From IMG/VR virus record IMGVR_UViG_3300027868_000008: a stretch of DNA of 64,000 nt. One strand, 5' to 3'. Shown in pieces: positions 8,851 to 18,124 of the stretch (within the stretch, counting starts at the first letter, position 1; each line of letters opens with the position of its first letter). Under the pieces are notes generated by a model, which saw nothing but the letters and a program-made list of their open reading frames with translations, made no database searches and was not told the DNA's origin. Source of the stretch: a virus. Position numbers and translations under genes: made by a program.

Positions 8851-10300
8851 AGAGCACGGCTGACGTCGACGTATCGTGTTCGAGCGTCGTGATCAGCACC
8901 TTGCCTCCCCACCCTTCTACCGCCTCGCGCCCTTGTACGATCTTGTCAGCGTACTCTGGGCCTTTGACGAGAAGATCAGGCCGTAGTTGCCGGATCTCCG
9001 GGACCGGTGTATCGCCGTCGAACGGCAGCACCGCATCCACAGCAGGCTGCGCAGCCAGTGCTGCAGCCCGGATACTGTAGGGCTGTAGTGGCGTCCGCTT
9101 GATGCGGGTGGCAGATTTGTCGGTATTCAGCAGTACGCACAGGAAGTCGCACTGCGCACGTGCCTGCCTGAGCATCGAGATATGCCCAGGGTGGAGCACA
9201 TCAAAAACGCCGTTAGCGATACCAAATGTCTGGCCAGCAACAATCAGGGACCGGCGCAGCAGCGGTATTGATACGGGGTCTACTTGCTTCGCGGGTAGAT
9301 GCGCTCTTGAGGACGCGCAATGAATTGCGTGCAAACTGACTGGCTGCGCGCCGATCTGCTCAACAGCAAGCGCACCGGCAATGTTTGCAAACCGCATAAC
9401 CACTTCCGGCGGCATATCCGCAGCTACCCCATACGCTACGGCCGCTGCAACAGTGTCGCCCGCGCCACAGGTATCCAACTCATGTGCGGGTACAGCGGGG
9501 CAGTCAGTAGTAGTACCGTCAGAAGAGGCCCGGATTATGCCACCGCTTCCGAGCGTGACAAACAAGTGCGTGATGTTGTACTTAGCGCGCACCCATGCCG
9601 CAACTGCTTTCATAGTTGTGAGCGCTGAAGACGCTGGTGCAGCCGCCATGAGCTCCAAAGCATTTGGCGTTACAGCATAGGCGCCAGCGTAGTATTCCAT
9701 ATGCGACGGCGTTGGGTCGACAACCACGGGAATCTCGTGTTCCCGTGCAAACGTCATGATGAACTCTAACACAGCCGGCGTACACACGCCCTTGTTGTAG
9801 TCTGAGATCAGGATGACCAGCGGCGTGACTTCATCAAAACACTGACGCAGACGCATCAGCATGGGTTGCGACATGTCGCTGGTAGGCGGGCGCTCATGAT
9901 CATAGCGCGCCACCAACCGGTGATTCGCGTAGACACGGTGCTTGATTGGCGTTGTATACGCCGCTTCTACCGCAACATAGCGCGTAACACCCCGGCCCGC
10001 AGCCGGCTTGTCGAGGTACACGCGGCTGGCGTCGTCCTCGCCGACAACGCTAACAAAGGCTGTTGGCATTGCCAGGTAGGCTAGGCTATCCGCAGCGTTA
10101 GCCGCGCCGCCCGCGCCAACAAACTCGCGCTGGATCATCGTAACGGGTACAGGCGCCGTTTGGTCGAGCCCGCGGATGTTGCCGACGTGGTAGTGGTCCA
10201 GTATGACTGGTCCTACAACTACGGCACGCTGGTTCTTGCCAGGCTGTACGTCCGGCTGTGCCGCGTCTTCTGCTGGATTCGTCATTGAGTCGTCTTTCAC
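8747..10300 (-). CDS. hldE: bifunctional sugar kinase/nucleotidyltransferase, HldE (RfaE)-like: D-beta-D-heptose 7-phosphate kinase plus heptose 1-phosphate adenylyltransferase
   Basis: N-terminal pfkB carbohydrate kinase with DTCGAGDT signature; C-terminal cytidylyltransferase-like domain with GVFDVLHPGHISML (HxGH) motif. Confidence 0.75.
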   Translation of the reverse strand: MKDDSMTNPAEDAAQPDVQPGKNQRAVVVGPVILDHYHVGNIRGLDQTAPVPVTMIQREFVGAGGAANAADSLAYLAMPTAFVSVVGEDDASRVYLDKPAAGRGVTRYVAVEAAYTTPIKHRVYANHRLVARYDHERPPTSDMSQPMLMRLRQCFDEVTPLVILISDYNKGVCTPAVLEFIMTFAREHEIPVVVDPTPSHMEYYAGAYAVTPNALELMAAAPASSALTTMKAVAAWVRAKYNITHLFVTLGSGGIIRASSDGTTTDCPAVPAHELDTCGAGDTVAAAVAYGVAADMPPEVVMRFANIAGALAVEQIGAQPVSLHAIHCASSRAHLPAKQVDPVSIPLLRRSLIVAGQTFGIANGVFDVLHPGHISMLRQARAQCDFLCVLLNTDKSATRIKRTPLQPYSIRAAALAAQPAVDAVLPFDGDTPVPEIRQLRPDLLVKGPEYADKIVQGREAVEGWGGKVLITTLEHDTSTSAVLYDQPHNVDVEEATPSPASGDSSTGAAVPDDGAGV

Positions 10301-10302
10301 TA

Positions 10303-10989
10303 CTAGCGACGTTGCGGTGAGGGTGGGACTAAGCGGAGCACCTTGAAGGTACTATCAGGATAGCGAAACATGAAGTCCTCGTCCAATGTACGACACGGTT
10401 GGAGCGTTGGGTTCGGGACCGTTGGATGCACGCCGTCTGGGATGATCACGAATGGATCCAGATACGGTCCGCCGTTCTCGGGGCTGTTCCATGTCATCGC
10501 AATGGCACCAATGGCGCCGTCGGCAAAGATGTGATACCAGCCGCAAAGGATCTGGCCGTTCTCTGGTATCGTGTCATTCCGTCCTCGCCGGGTCGGGTCG
10601 TCGAGAAGGCCTTTAACAGCAGTCCACTCGTCTATCGGCAGCACCAGCCTGGCAGTATCGTAGCCCGCTTGCTCGTGGATCTTGCCGTCAGACGGTAGCT
10701 GTACCAGCCGCTGCAATGACGCCTTAGCAAGGCTACGGTCGAAGAAGCCCTCGAGCTCGGCACATTGGCCCGTGTAGGGCGTTTGCGCAGCCTCGGGTAC
10801 CTTCTGCGCAGCGGGCGCTGTCGACCGCGCTTCAAGCATTGCTTCCACGTAGTAGCCCATGAATTTGTCGAATTGCGCGCCAGCATGGTCCTGGATAAAG
10901 ATGAGCAAGATATCGCGCTGCTGCTCTACCGTTAGGTCAAACTGCCCCGCAATATCGCGAAGGCGTGCAGCAAGTGGTGATTCAGCCAC
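10303..10989 (-). CDS. hypothetical protein
   Basis: 228 aa ORF in operon. Confidence 0.5.
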   Translation of the reverse strand: MAESPLAARLRDIAGQFDLTVEQQRDILLIFIQDHAGAQFDKFMGYYVEAMLEARSTAPAAQKVPEAAQTPYTGQCAELEGFFDRSLAKASLQRLVQLPSDGKIHEQAGYDTARLVLPIDEWTAVKGLLDDPTRRGRNDTIPENGQILCGWYHIFADGAIGAIAMTWNSPENGGPYLDPFVIIPDGVHPTVPNPTLQPCRTLDEDFMFRYPDSTFKVLRLVPPSPQRR

Positions 10990-11839
10990 GGATTCCTCCG
11001 AAGGATGATAGAAACTTGATCCGGCGTGTTACGTTCAAGTACGCGGCCATGATGTACGGTTCTGCGGTCAGCCACAGCGGCCGGTACTTGAACGCACGGC
11101 CAACAAGCCATGCCAGAGTGAAATCGGTAGGAGCGGTGCGCACGACGTAGGGCCCAGGCAGCTCTGCCTCCCACGCTGGTGGCATCACTGCCACACAACT
11201 GTGCATGGAATACCAGCAGCCATTGCTGCCATCTTCGCTCGTGTATTCGCACGTCCTTGGTGCAAGACCATACAGGTAGAAACCACCGAGTGTTCCACTC
11301 AAGCGTTTCCGACGAAAAGCCGGCGGTACTGCAGCATGTGCTGCCAACACAGGTGTGAGTGTGCCTGCAAGACCGCCAGCGGAATCGAGGTAGAGGCCTG
11401 TCCTGTTGTCGGCCATGTGTCCCTGATAATGCCTATAACTCACGACGCGGACGGCAGGACCGCATTCTGCAAGTAGCTGCCGTAGGCGTGTATAGAGCCC
11501 TGCGATCTTCCGCGCATAGCAGAAGGGGCAGATGCTCAGCGTACACGGCCGCGTCTTCGGCGTGACGTGTACGCTACACGGGGGACAGTTTCGCGCATAT
11601 GCGTGCTTCGTACTGGCGATTGCTGCCCAGCCGCCGTCCAGTAGTTCAGCACATCGTCCTTGCCAACGCCTACGAATGTACTTTATGCGAGACACGAGGT
11701 CAGCATCAGCAACCGTGCTGTTGCGACACAACGGGCTCAGCACGCAGTAGTCCTCGACGCGCATCGTTGGCGACGTTCGTTTGGTGGCGTAGGTGAGGTC
11801 GATTGTGCGCATGAAAAGCACGTCGGGGCCCGGAACCAT
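10982..11839 (-). CDS. hypothetical protein (Cys-rich)
   Basis: 285 aa ORF. Confidence 0.45.
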   Translation of the reverse strand: MVPGPDVLFMRTIDLTYATKRTSPTMRVEDYCVLSPLCRNSTVADADLVSRIKYIRRRWQGRCAELLDGGWAAIASTKHAYARNCPPCSVHVTPKTRPCTLSICPFCYARKIAGLYTRLRQLLAECGPAVRVVSYRHYQGHMADNRTGLYLDSAGGLAGTLTPVLAAHAAVPPAFRRKRLSGTLGGFYLYGLAPRTCEYTSEDGSNGCWYSMHSCVAVMPPAWEAELPGPYVVRTAPTDFTLAWLVGRAFKYRPLWLTAEPYIMAAYLNVTRRIKFLSSFGGIRG

Positions 11840-11896
11840 GCTAGCTGCTAGCCGTCCGTCTACGGTGGCGCGGGCCCCGACGATTCCTGCTCGTTG

Positions 11897-12631
11897 TTAC
11901 TTGCCAGCCATGACCGCGTCGACCGCGGCGCGCCGCTGGCCGTTGGCTTGCCGCGTTTTGGCGGTCTCATAGCCTTTGATTCGTGCTTCGATCGTCTCAC
12001 AGCGCGTTACGGCGCTCTTCATGGTTGCGTAGGCCCGTTTGAGAAGGTCGCGCGCCTCGGTAAGCTGGGCGGTGAGCGACTGCTCGACCTTGCTGGGCGG
12101 TGTTTTGATGGCGCACGGCGCAATCGTGCCTGGGGCGACGGCGGCACACTTGGTGCCGACACCGGCCGCACGACGCGTGCTGCGCTTGTCTTGCTTCGCG
12201 GCTCCGGGGAACTTGGTTGCACCGTTGCGCTGCTTTCGCGACGCCAGCCGCTTCTTCGCCTCGGCGATCAGCGTCTTACACGCGGCGTCGGTAGCGACGG
12301 TTTTCGTGGACCATCCCGCGGCCTGCTTCTGCAGCGCCTGGACGGACGGCATACGGGTCTTCGTAGCCAGCCACGCAAGGCCAAGGCGGCGGAAGCGGGC
12401 GGCCGAGAGCTGGTGCTGTGCGACGCCGCACACGCGGTTGAGGCGCGCTTTCTTGGTGCCTTTCGTCTCCTCCAGCAGCTGCGGAAAAGCCGTGGTCAGT
12501 TGTTGCACGAAGTCAGGCGTCGACATGCCCTTGCGCTCGCAGCGCTGGGCCATGGTCTTGATCTTCTTCATGCGCTTTGCGTCGTGCTTCCGGTTGGTTG
12601 CAATACGCGTCGTGGTGCTCGCCATGCGAGT
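11897..12631 (-). CDS. lysine/arginine-rich basic protein, possible DNA-binding/histone-like
   Basis: Highly basic, Ala/Lys/Thr rich; start at MSKETR or MASTTTR uncertain. Confidence 0.45.
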   Translation of the reverse strand, partial: TRMASTTTRIATNRKHDAKRMKKIKTMAQRCERKGMSTPDFVQQLTTAFPQLLEETKGTKKARLNRVCGVAQHQLSAARFRRLGLAWLATKTRMPSVQALQKQAAGWSTKTVATDAACKTLIAEAKKRLASRKQRNGATKFPGAAKQDKRSTRRAAGVGTKCAAVAPGTIAPCAIKTPPSKVEQSLTAQLTEARDLLKRAYATMKSAVTRCETIEARIKGYETAKTRQANGQRRAAVDAVMAGK

Positions 12632-12782
12632 CTCCTTTGACATCGCCAGCCCCAGGCTGGCCAGACACACCCACCCGGGCGGGTAGGCAGAAATGAAAAG
12701 GACAGCGGAGCCGCCTCGAGAGAATCAGAGAGGCGGTCTCCGCTGTCCAGCTGTTTTGGTGGGCCCTTGCGGGCCGCGACAA

Positions 12783-12798
12783 TCTTGTTCCGCTGAAC
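12783..12798. promoter_or_regulatory. TTGTTCcgctGAACAA palindromic element (copy 1 of 4)
   Basis: 6-bp inverted arms, 4-nt spacer; about 120 nt upstream of basic-protein gene start; flanked by second IR AAGTTCC..GGAACTT. Confidence 0.5.
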
Positions 12799-13033
12799 AA
12801 GTTCCCGGTCAGAACAGGAACTTCTGCGCAATCGCAGTGACGCTAGCGCCCCACAGTACGAAGTGCCGCCACCGCGGTGCCGCTTGCACCAAACCACAAA
12901 CGGTCGGCGTGTACACGGCAGTGACAAAGACACCCAACAGGCAAACAGTCGACTGGAAATCCTCCAAAACGTCCTCCTTCTGGGGGGTGTACGATTACGT
13001 AGTTTGGGTAAGCTGGGTAAGCTCGAGGTATAC

Positions 13034-13138
13034 TACACTCACGTAGTGAGTGTAGCATACTATAGACTACCAAATCGTACAGCCAATTTGGCGTTCGATT
13101 TGGTAGTCTATCGTATAGCCTGATCGGCTATCCGATAG
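13034..13138. promoter_or_regulatory. array of three consecutive inverted repeats in long noncoding region
   Basis: TACACTCAC-gta-GTGAGTGTA; GACTACCAAATCG-N18-CGATTTGGTAGTC; CTATCGTATAGCC-tgatc-GGCTATCCGATAG. Confidence 0.5.
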
Positions 13139-13213
13139 AACCTTCGTCGGAACTCGGAGCTTACGCTCCTCATTCCAACAAAAGCGGGGGTGTTTATGTA
13201 TCTTACGCTAACA

Positions 13214-13386
13214 CCCTAGACTCTCTAGTCTGCCCCATTTGACATTGGGGGCAAACCGGGGTCAGTTTCGGTAGTCTCGACCTCGAGTTGTGACTCAAGA
13301 TCACGACGTGCATCAGAGCACGCACCACGAATGAGTAGGCACCCGAGGACGATTGCTACGATGCAGAGCCAAGCTTCTTTACTCAT
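13214..13386 (-). CDS. small protein with N-terminal signal/lipoprotein-like hydrophobic segment
   Basis: about 56 aa MSKEAWLCIVAIVLGCLLIRGACS...; ATG overlaps upstream stop (TGATGA); below ORF-track length cutoff. Confidence 0.3.
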
Positions 13387-13889
13387 CAGACCTTGTAGGG
13401 GTTACGTGATCCACGAAGCGCCAGGTCATCTCGAGTCATCTCGTAAATCGTGAACTTGGCACACTCGTATGTGATCGGCAGGTCCATTACGATGCGACCC
13501 TGCCATGTGCCGTCTGGGCGGTAGCCCAGCCGTGCCGTATCGCGCCGTACTGTGATGTAGGCGACCCCTGCGGGACGCTGCAGCCTTTCGAAGATACTGG
13601 CTAGAACCTCTAGACGCGTACTTCGATCGGGGATGACGCAAAGCACGTACGTGCACAGCACAACGTCAAAGCGAGTATGCGGCCGCTGCCACGGCGGACC
13701 GTAGTGCGGATCGTAGCCCTCGATATCGATGCTGCGATTGAACAGGTGCTTCACGTCGCCGCCGTAACCGCACCCGTAGTCGAGTACGGTTTGCGTCCTG
13801 TTGATCAGCCCCCGCCCGTACAGCCATCGTGCTGGTGCGGATAGTTTGGCGCGTTTGATGGCACTCCGGTACGTCATGTCGATCGGCAA
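13386..13889 (-). CDS. class I SAM-dependent methyltransferase
   Basis: Motif I VLDYGCGYGGD; 167 aa; target unknown. Confidence 0.7.
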   Translation of the reverse strand: MPIDMTYRSAIKRAKLSAPARWLYGRGLINRTQTVLDYGCGYGGDVKHLFNRSIDIEGYDPHYGPPWQRPHTRFDVVLCTYVLCVIPDRSTRLEVLASIFERLQRPAGVAYITVRRDTARLGYRPDGTWQGRIVMDLPITYECAKFTIYEMTRDDLALRGSRNPYKV

Positions 13890-14872
13890 ACCTCTTGCTC
13901 CTTTTTGTTCACAGAAACAAGATCTGCAGCGGGCTCCTCCTTCACATACGCGTCATGCGCATACGCGTCGAAGGACTCGAGCGCTATACGCAGTTCCCAT
14001 GTGTCACCGGCATGCAGCTTGCCGTTGCGGACCGTGATCTCTTCTGCCATGAAGTTGCAAAAGCGCTGGATCGTGTCCCGACTCCACTGCGAACCCGTGT
14101 TATACATGGACGAACGCGAGGCCGCAGCCGTCTTCTTCCAGTGCTCTTTGAGCTTACGGAAGGCCGGGTGCCGCCTGTGCGCGTTTTTACCGTGCAGCAT
14201 GTTGAGGAGCTTGATCGCTTCCATCGCACCGCCGCAGGCCCCGTACCGTGAGCTACATGACCAATCATGCCGCATTCGGACGTGGTTCCGTACGACGTCG
14301 TACACACTGTACGTCATGGAGACAATGTCGCACACGAGAACGCGCTGCGCTCTTACCTTCTTGCGCGCCTTTGCCCGCAGACGGCGTTTGATGAGATCCG
14401 GGACGTAGTCGATCTGTATGCGGCCGGACATGCCGTTGTGCATGATCTCACAACCTGCTGCTTCCCAGTCAATCTGGATCCGCCTATGGTTGCAGTCCTC
14501 GTCGTAGGTAAGCGCCCTACAGGTGATCGTGCCAAGCTCTTTCGCCAGCGCAAGCGCTTCCAGCGGATTCGTACCGATGTACCACGGTGCTTGCCCCGTA
14601 GCGACGGTGATGCAATCGTGCTGACTCCATGCCGTACGTGATCTGTAGCCATAGTGCCAGTACTCATGCACATACGACAATCGCGGATCTTCACACGGAA
14701 ACTTCTGCTGCAGCTTCGTTAGGCACGTCTCCCGATCATCGCCAAAAACGAGCCTGTTGATGTCAGCATGCAGAGCCGTTTCTTCGTCCCAGAATGGCTC
14801 CCACTTGCGTGTGTCCTCGTCATCCCCTTGGCACGCAAACCCGAGTAGCGGTGTGTCCTGCTCAAAAGACAT
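13874..14872 (-). CDS. hypothetical protein (Cys/His/Trp-rich)
   Basis: 332 aa ORF. Confidence 0.5.
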   Translation of the reverse strand: MSFEQDTPLLGFACQGDDEDTRKWEPFWDEETALHADINRLVFGDDRETCLTKLQQKFPCEDPRLSYVHEYWHYGYRSRTAWSQHDCITVATGQAPWYIGTNPLEALALAKELGTITCRALTYDEDCNHRRIQIDWEAAGCEIMHNGMSGRIQIDYVPDLIKRRLRAKARKKVRAQRVLVCDIVSMTYSVYDVVRNHVRMRHDWSCSSRYGACGGAMEAIKLLNMLHGKNAHRRHPAFRKLKEHWKKTAAASRSSMYNTGSQWSRDTIQRFCNFMAEEITVRNGKLHAGDTWELRIALESFDAYAHDAYVKEEPAADLVSVNKKEQEVCRST

Positions 14873-15502
14873 CAGCCAACGCCGAGCAGGCGCAGGCTCT
14901 CATCAAGCTCCCCAGCCAGCATCTCGACGAGCGCTTTGCCTTCGTCCGTTGCGGCCAGGCGATGCTCTGCGACGGCGGCTTTCGCGCGTCGTTCCAGTGC
15001 GGGCAGGTCGGCCAGCTTCTTGCGCCAGTCCTGCCACGTTGCCTTGTTGTCCGTGAGTTCTTTTTCCAGCTGCGCGCTCTGTGCGGCGAGCGTCGTGACT
15101 TCCTCGCCTCGCAGCACGTTGATGGATACGTTCCAGATGATGGCCGGGTCGCGTGCGCCGAGTTTGAGCGCGCAGCGAAGTTGTGTCTCGTCCGCCGTGA
15201 AGTGGTGCGTGAGCACTGTTTCGACGTCTTTGCACTTGAGCTTGGCTGCCGCCTCGCGCAGCGTGCCCTCTACGTCTGCCAGTGCCTTCTCGGCTTGTGA
15301 CTGCGCCGCAGCTGTCTGCTCTTTGTTGCGCGCCCGAATCTGCTTCTGCAGCGCGGTCTCCTGCTTGCGGCATTCCTGTATGCTCTTCTTGATCGCCTCT
15401 TCGGCGCGCGATAGCAAGATCGCGGCGACGTCGTCCTTGTCCATCTTCAAGCTGACGTCTACGAGGGCGGGCAATGCTTTCTTGTTCTCTTCGTCTGCCA
15501 TT
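14872..15502 (-). CDS. coiled-coil hypothetical protein
   Basis: Start chosen at MADEENKK; heptad-rich. Confidence 0.45.
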
Positions 15503-15506
15503 ATGG

Positions 15507-15821
15507 CTAACTCCTGCCTGGTGCGGCTCCGTGCCGTTTTTGGTGGAACTCCCACCAGATCTTCTTGTCTTGCACAAAGTGCGTTGGGTTCATACCCGTC
15601 GGGACTCCCCGCGGGCCGATTACCAGGATCTTGGTTTCACCCTGATATTGAATAGCCCGGTCAGAGATGACAACGTACTCCGTTGCTTCGTCCCCCGGTG
15701 CAAATCGAAAGTAGACTTTAGCGCCCAGCTTTAGGCGTTTCGCGTCAAAGGTGGTGATGTCCTTATGCGGCAGCTTGATCAGCGCGACATCAGGGCATTT
15801 GTCGACGAGAATTGCGGGCAT
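15507..15821 (-). CDS. hypothetical protein
   Basis: 104 aa ORF, first gene of minus operon next to divergent intergenic region. Confidence 0.45.
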   Translation of the reverse strand: MPAILVDKCPDVALIKLPHKDITTFDAKRLKLGAKVYFRFAPGDEATEYVVISDRAIQYQGETKILVIGPRGVPTGMNPTHFVQDKKIWWEFHQKRHGAAPGRS

Positions 15822-15969
15822 GTGCCTCTCCGATTCAGCAGTGTGATAGTGCTATGTTCGTCGCCATCATAGAAATTCTGTGCTGGCTTGTATTCTGCAT
15901 ACAGTTTGTTATACTCTACACAGTGAGCACTACGGTTGTGCTGATGTAGTCCTGAGTGTGAAAGGAGTA
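15822..15969. promoter_or_regulatory. divergent intergenic region between minus-strand operon and plus-strand operon
   Basis: AT-richer 148 nt; GAAAGGAG RBS before GTG at 15970; small IR AGCAC..GTGCT. Confidence 0.45.
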
Positions 15970-17067
15970 GTGGTGAGCAAGGATAACCCCCTGGAGGAGT
16001 TGGCGGGGCTCCAGCGCGTAGCTGACCTGTCTGACGACGACAAGATTCGGGAGATCCGTCGGCTTGAGTCCAGGCTGGCCAAGGCCAACATTGCCCGTAA
16101 GAACGCAGTAGCCAAGCACAAACAAGCAGAAGCAGATCTGCAGCTCTCGGCAGACCGCGAAGAGTTGCTGCTGGCTACGCAGGACCCAGTAGAGATCGCC
16201 AAGTTCGAGCGATCGCGTATGCGCAAAGGCCGCGGTAAGGCCTCTGCGATCATCTGTGTCAACGATTGGCACATCGAAGAGACCGTCGAAGCGTCCGTGG
16301 TCGACAACTGTAAGTTCAATCTGCGGATCGCCGAAAAGCGCATCAACAACACCTGGGATAAGGCTGAGTGGTTGCTAGACATGCTGCGCAGCATGGCCTC
16401 AATCAAGGAGGTTATCCTCTGGGCCGGCGGCGACATGATCAGCGGCTACATTCATCCTGAGTTGCAGGAGAACAACAGCCTGGGCCCCGCGGAGGCAATC
16501 CAGCTCGTACAAGAGCATCTGGTGCACGGCCTGAACCGCTTCATGAAAGACCCAAAGACGGACTCGGTGGTGTTTGTCACCAGCTTCGGTAACCACGGAC
16601 GTACGACGCGGAAGCGCCGGATCTCCACTGGTTACAAGTCTCATTGGGAATGGGCAGCGTACCACAATGTGGCCAAGCGGTGCCAGGACAATTCCAAATT
16701 CCGGGCCAAAATCGCGGACGGCTACTTCAACAAGCTGCCCGTACAGGGCCACCAGGTCCGCTTCCACCACGGCGACGATATCCGCTACAAGAACGGTGTC
16801 GGTGGCGTGCATGTGCCGCTGCGGCGTGCCATCGGCAACTGGAACCTCAACGAGGGGCTAGCCGCCTTTGACGTGCTTGGGCACTTCCACCAGTACGGCG
16901 ACGACCCGAACTACGTGCTGTGCGGATCGCTGATGGGCTACAACGCGTACGCCCAGAGCATCGCTGCGCCGATGCAGTCGCCATCGCAGACGATCATCGG
17001 GGTCGACTACGAGCACGGCAAGTGGATCACGATGCCCGTCTTCTGCGGAGAATCCCACACCATATGA
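15970..17067 (+). CDS. calcineurin-like metallophosphoesterase with N-terminal coiled coil
   Basis: Motifs GGDMISG, GNHG, GHFHQ; GTG start after GAAAGGAG (track ORF begins 15880). Confidence 0.65.
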   Translation: MVSKDNPLEELAGLQRVADLSDDDKIREIRRLESRLAKANIARKNAVAKHKQAEADLQLSADREELLLATQDPVEIAKFERSRMRKGRGKASAIICVNDWHIEETVEASVVDNCKFNLRIAEKRINNTWDKAEWLLDMLRSMASIKEVILWAGGDMISGYIHPELQENNSLGPAEAIQLVQEHLVHGLNRFMKDPKTDSVVFVTSFGNHGRTTRKRRISTGYKSHWEWAAYHNVAKRCQDNSKFRAKIADGYFNKLPVQGHQVRFHHGDDIRYKNGVGGVHVPLRRAIGNWNLNEGLAAFDVLGHFHQYGDDPNYVLCGSLMGYNAYAQSIAAPMQSPSQTIIGVDYEHGKWITMPVFCGESHTI

Positions 17068-17696
17068 CGTTCCATCGCATCTACGTAGACATGGATGGGG
17101 TGCTATGCGACCTGGTAAAGGCAATCCTTACCGAGCACGGCCGCATGGATCTCTATAATCGCATGCCGCATCGCAAAGTCACCGAATCGATTGACTGGGA
17201 CCGCCACGAGACATGGCTCCCAACGCTTGTAGATGGGCCTACCTTCTGGGCTACGCTGGACCGGTATCCATGGACTGATGAGATCATGCACTTTGCTCGC
17301 GACACCGGTGCCGAAGTGTATGTGCTCACGCGTCCGTTGGACTTGTCACTGTTTGACGCAACCGATATCGGCTACTGCGTCCATGGCAAGATGGCATGGC
17401 TACGCAGGCAATTCGGCGCTGACTTCAAGGACGTAGTGTTCACAGCCGAGAAGCACCTACTGTCACAACCAGGCGTGCTACTCATCGACGATGATGAGCA
17501 GTACATCGAACGCTTTGAGGCTGCAGGTGGTCGCCAGATCATCTTCCCGCAGAGCTACAACAAGTTTCGAGAACGCCTTGGCGACCGCATGGCGGCCGTC
17601 AGGGAGCAGTACAAGCACCTGCGAGGAAACGATGAAGATTGCGATTTGCGGTCCCGGCCAGTGCGGCAAGGACGCGGCGTCCCAGTGGCTAGCTGA
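17064..17696 (+). CDS. HAD-superfamily 5'(3')-deoxyribonucleotidase-like hydrolase
   Basis: N-terminal YVDMDGVLCD (DxDGVL) motif; ATGA overlap with upstream gene. Confidence 0.7.
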   Translation: MTFHRIYVDMDGVLCDLVKAILTEHGRMDLYNRMPHRKVTESIDWDRHETWLPTLVDGPTFWATLDRYPWTDEIMHFARDTGAEVYVLTRPLDLSLFDATDIGYCVHGKMAWLRRQFGADFKDVVFTAEKHLLSQPGVLLIDDDEQYIERFEAAGGRQIIFPQSYNKFRERLGDRMAAVREQYKHLRGNDEDCDLRSRPVRQGRGVPVAS

Positions 17697-18120
17697 CAAT
17701 ACGACACTGTGCTATCATGATAGCACAAGTGAGGCTGCGGCCGGGGTCTGTTTTGACGCCCTGCGCTACAAATACGCCTACGCAGACGCCAAAGAGGCCT
17801 TCGACGACCGCCGGAATCACCGGGAAGAATGGGCGAAGATCATCTGGGATTACAATCGCCCTGACGGTCTCACCCTCTATCGTGGTATGCTAGAGACCAA
17901 TGACATCCTGAACGGTATCCGTCGCGCTGGCGAGCTGCAAGCACTGCTGGACGCAGGCATGCTCGACCTGACGCTCTGGATTGCCCGCGATGTCCCGCGT
18001 GACCCGTCATGTGAGTTGGTAGCTAGCGACTGCGATATCACTGTCCCGAACGACGGGACGCTGGATGCGTTGTTCACCCGGCTTTCCCGTTTCGCTGCCG
18101 TAACACACATGTTGAGGTGA
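17632..18120 (+). CDS. small P-loop NTPase, putative (deoxy)nucleoside monophosphate kinase
   Basis: MKIAICGPGQCGKD Walker A at N-terminus; GAGGA RBS; about 162 aa. Confidence 0.5.
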   Translation: MKIAICGPGQCGKDAASQWLADNTTLCYHDSTSEAAAGVCFDALRYKYAYADAKEAFDDRRNHREEWAKIIWDYNRPDGLTLYRGMLETNDILNGIRRAGELQALLDAGMLDLTLWIARDVPRDPSCELVASDCDITVPNDGTLDALFTRLSRFAAVTHMLR

Positions 18121-18124
18121 CCTG

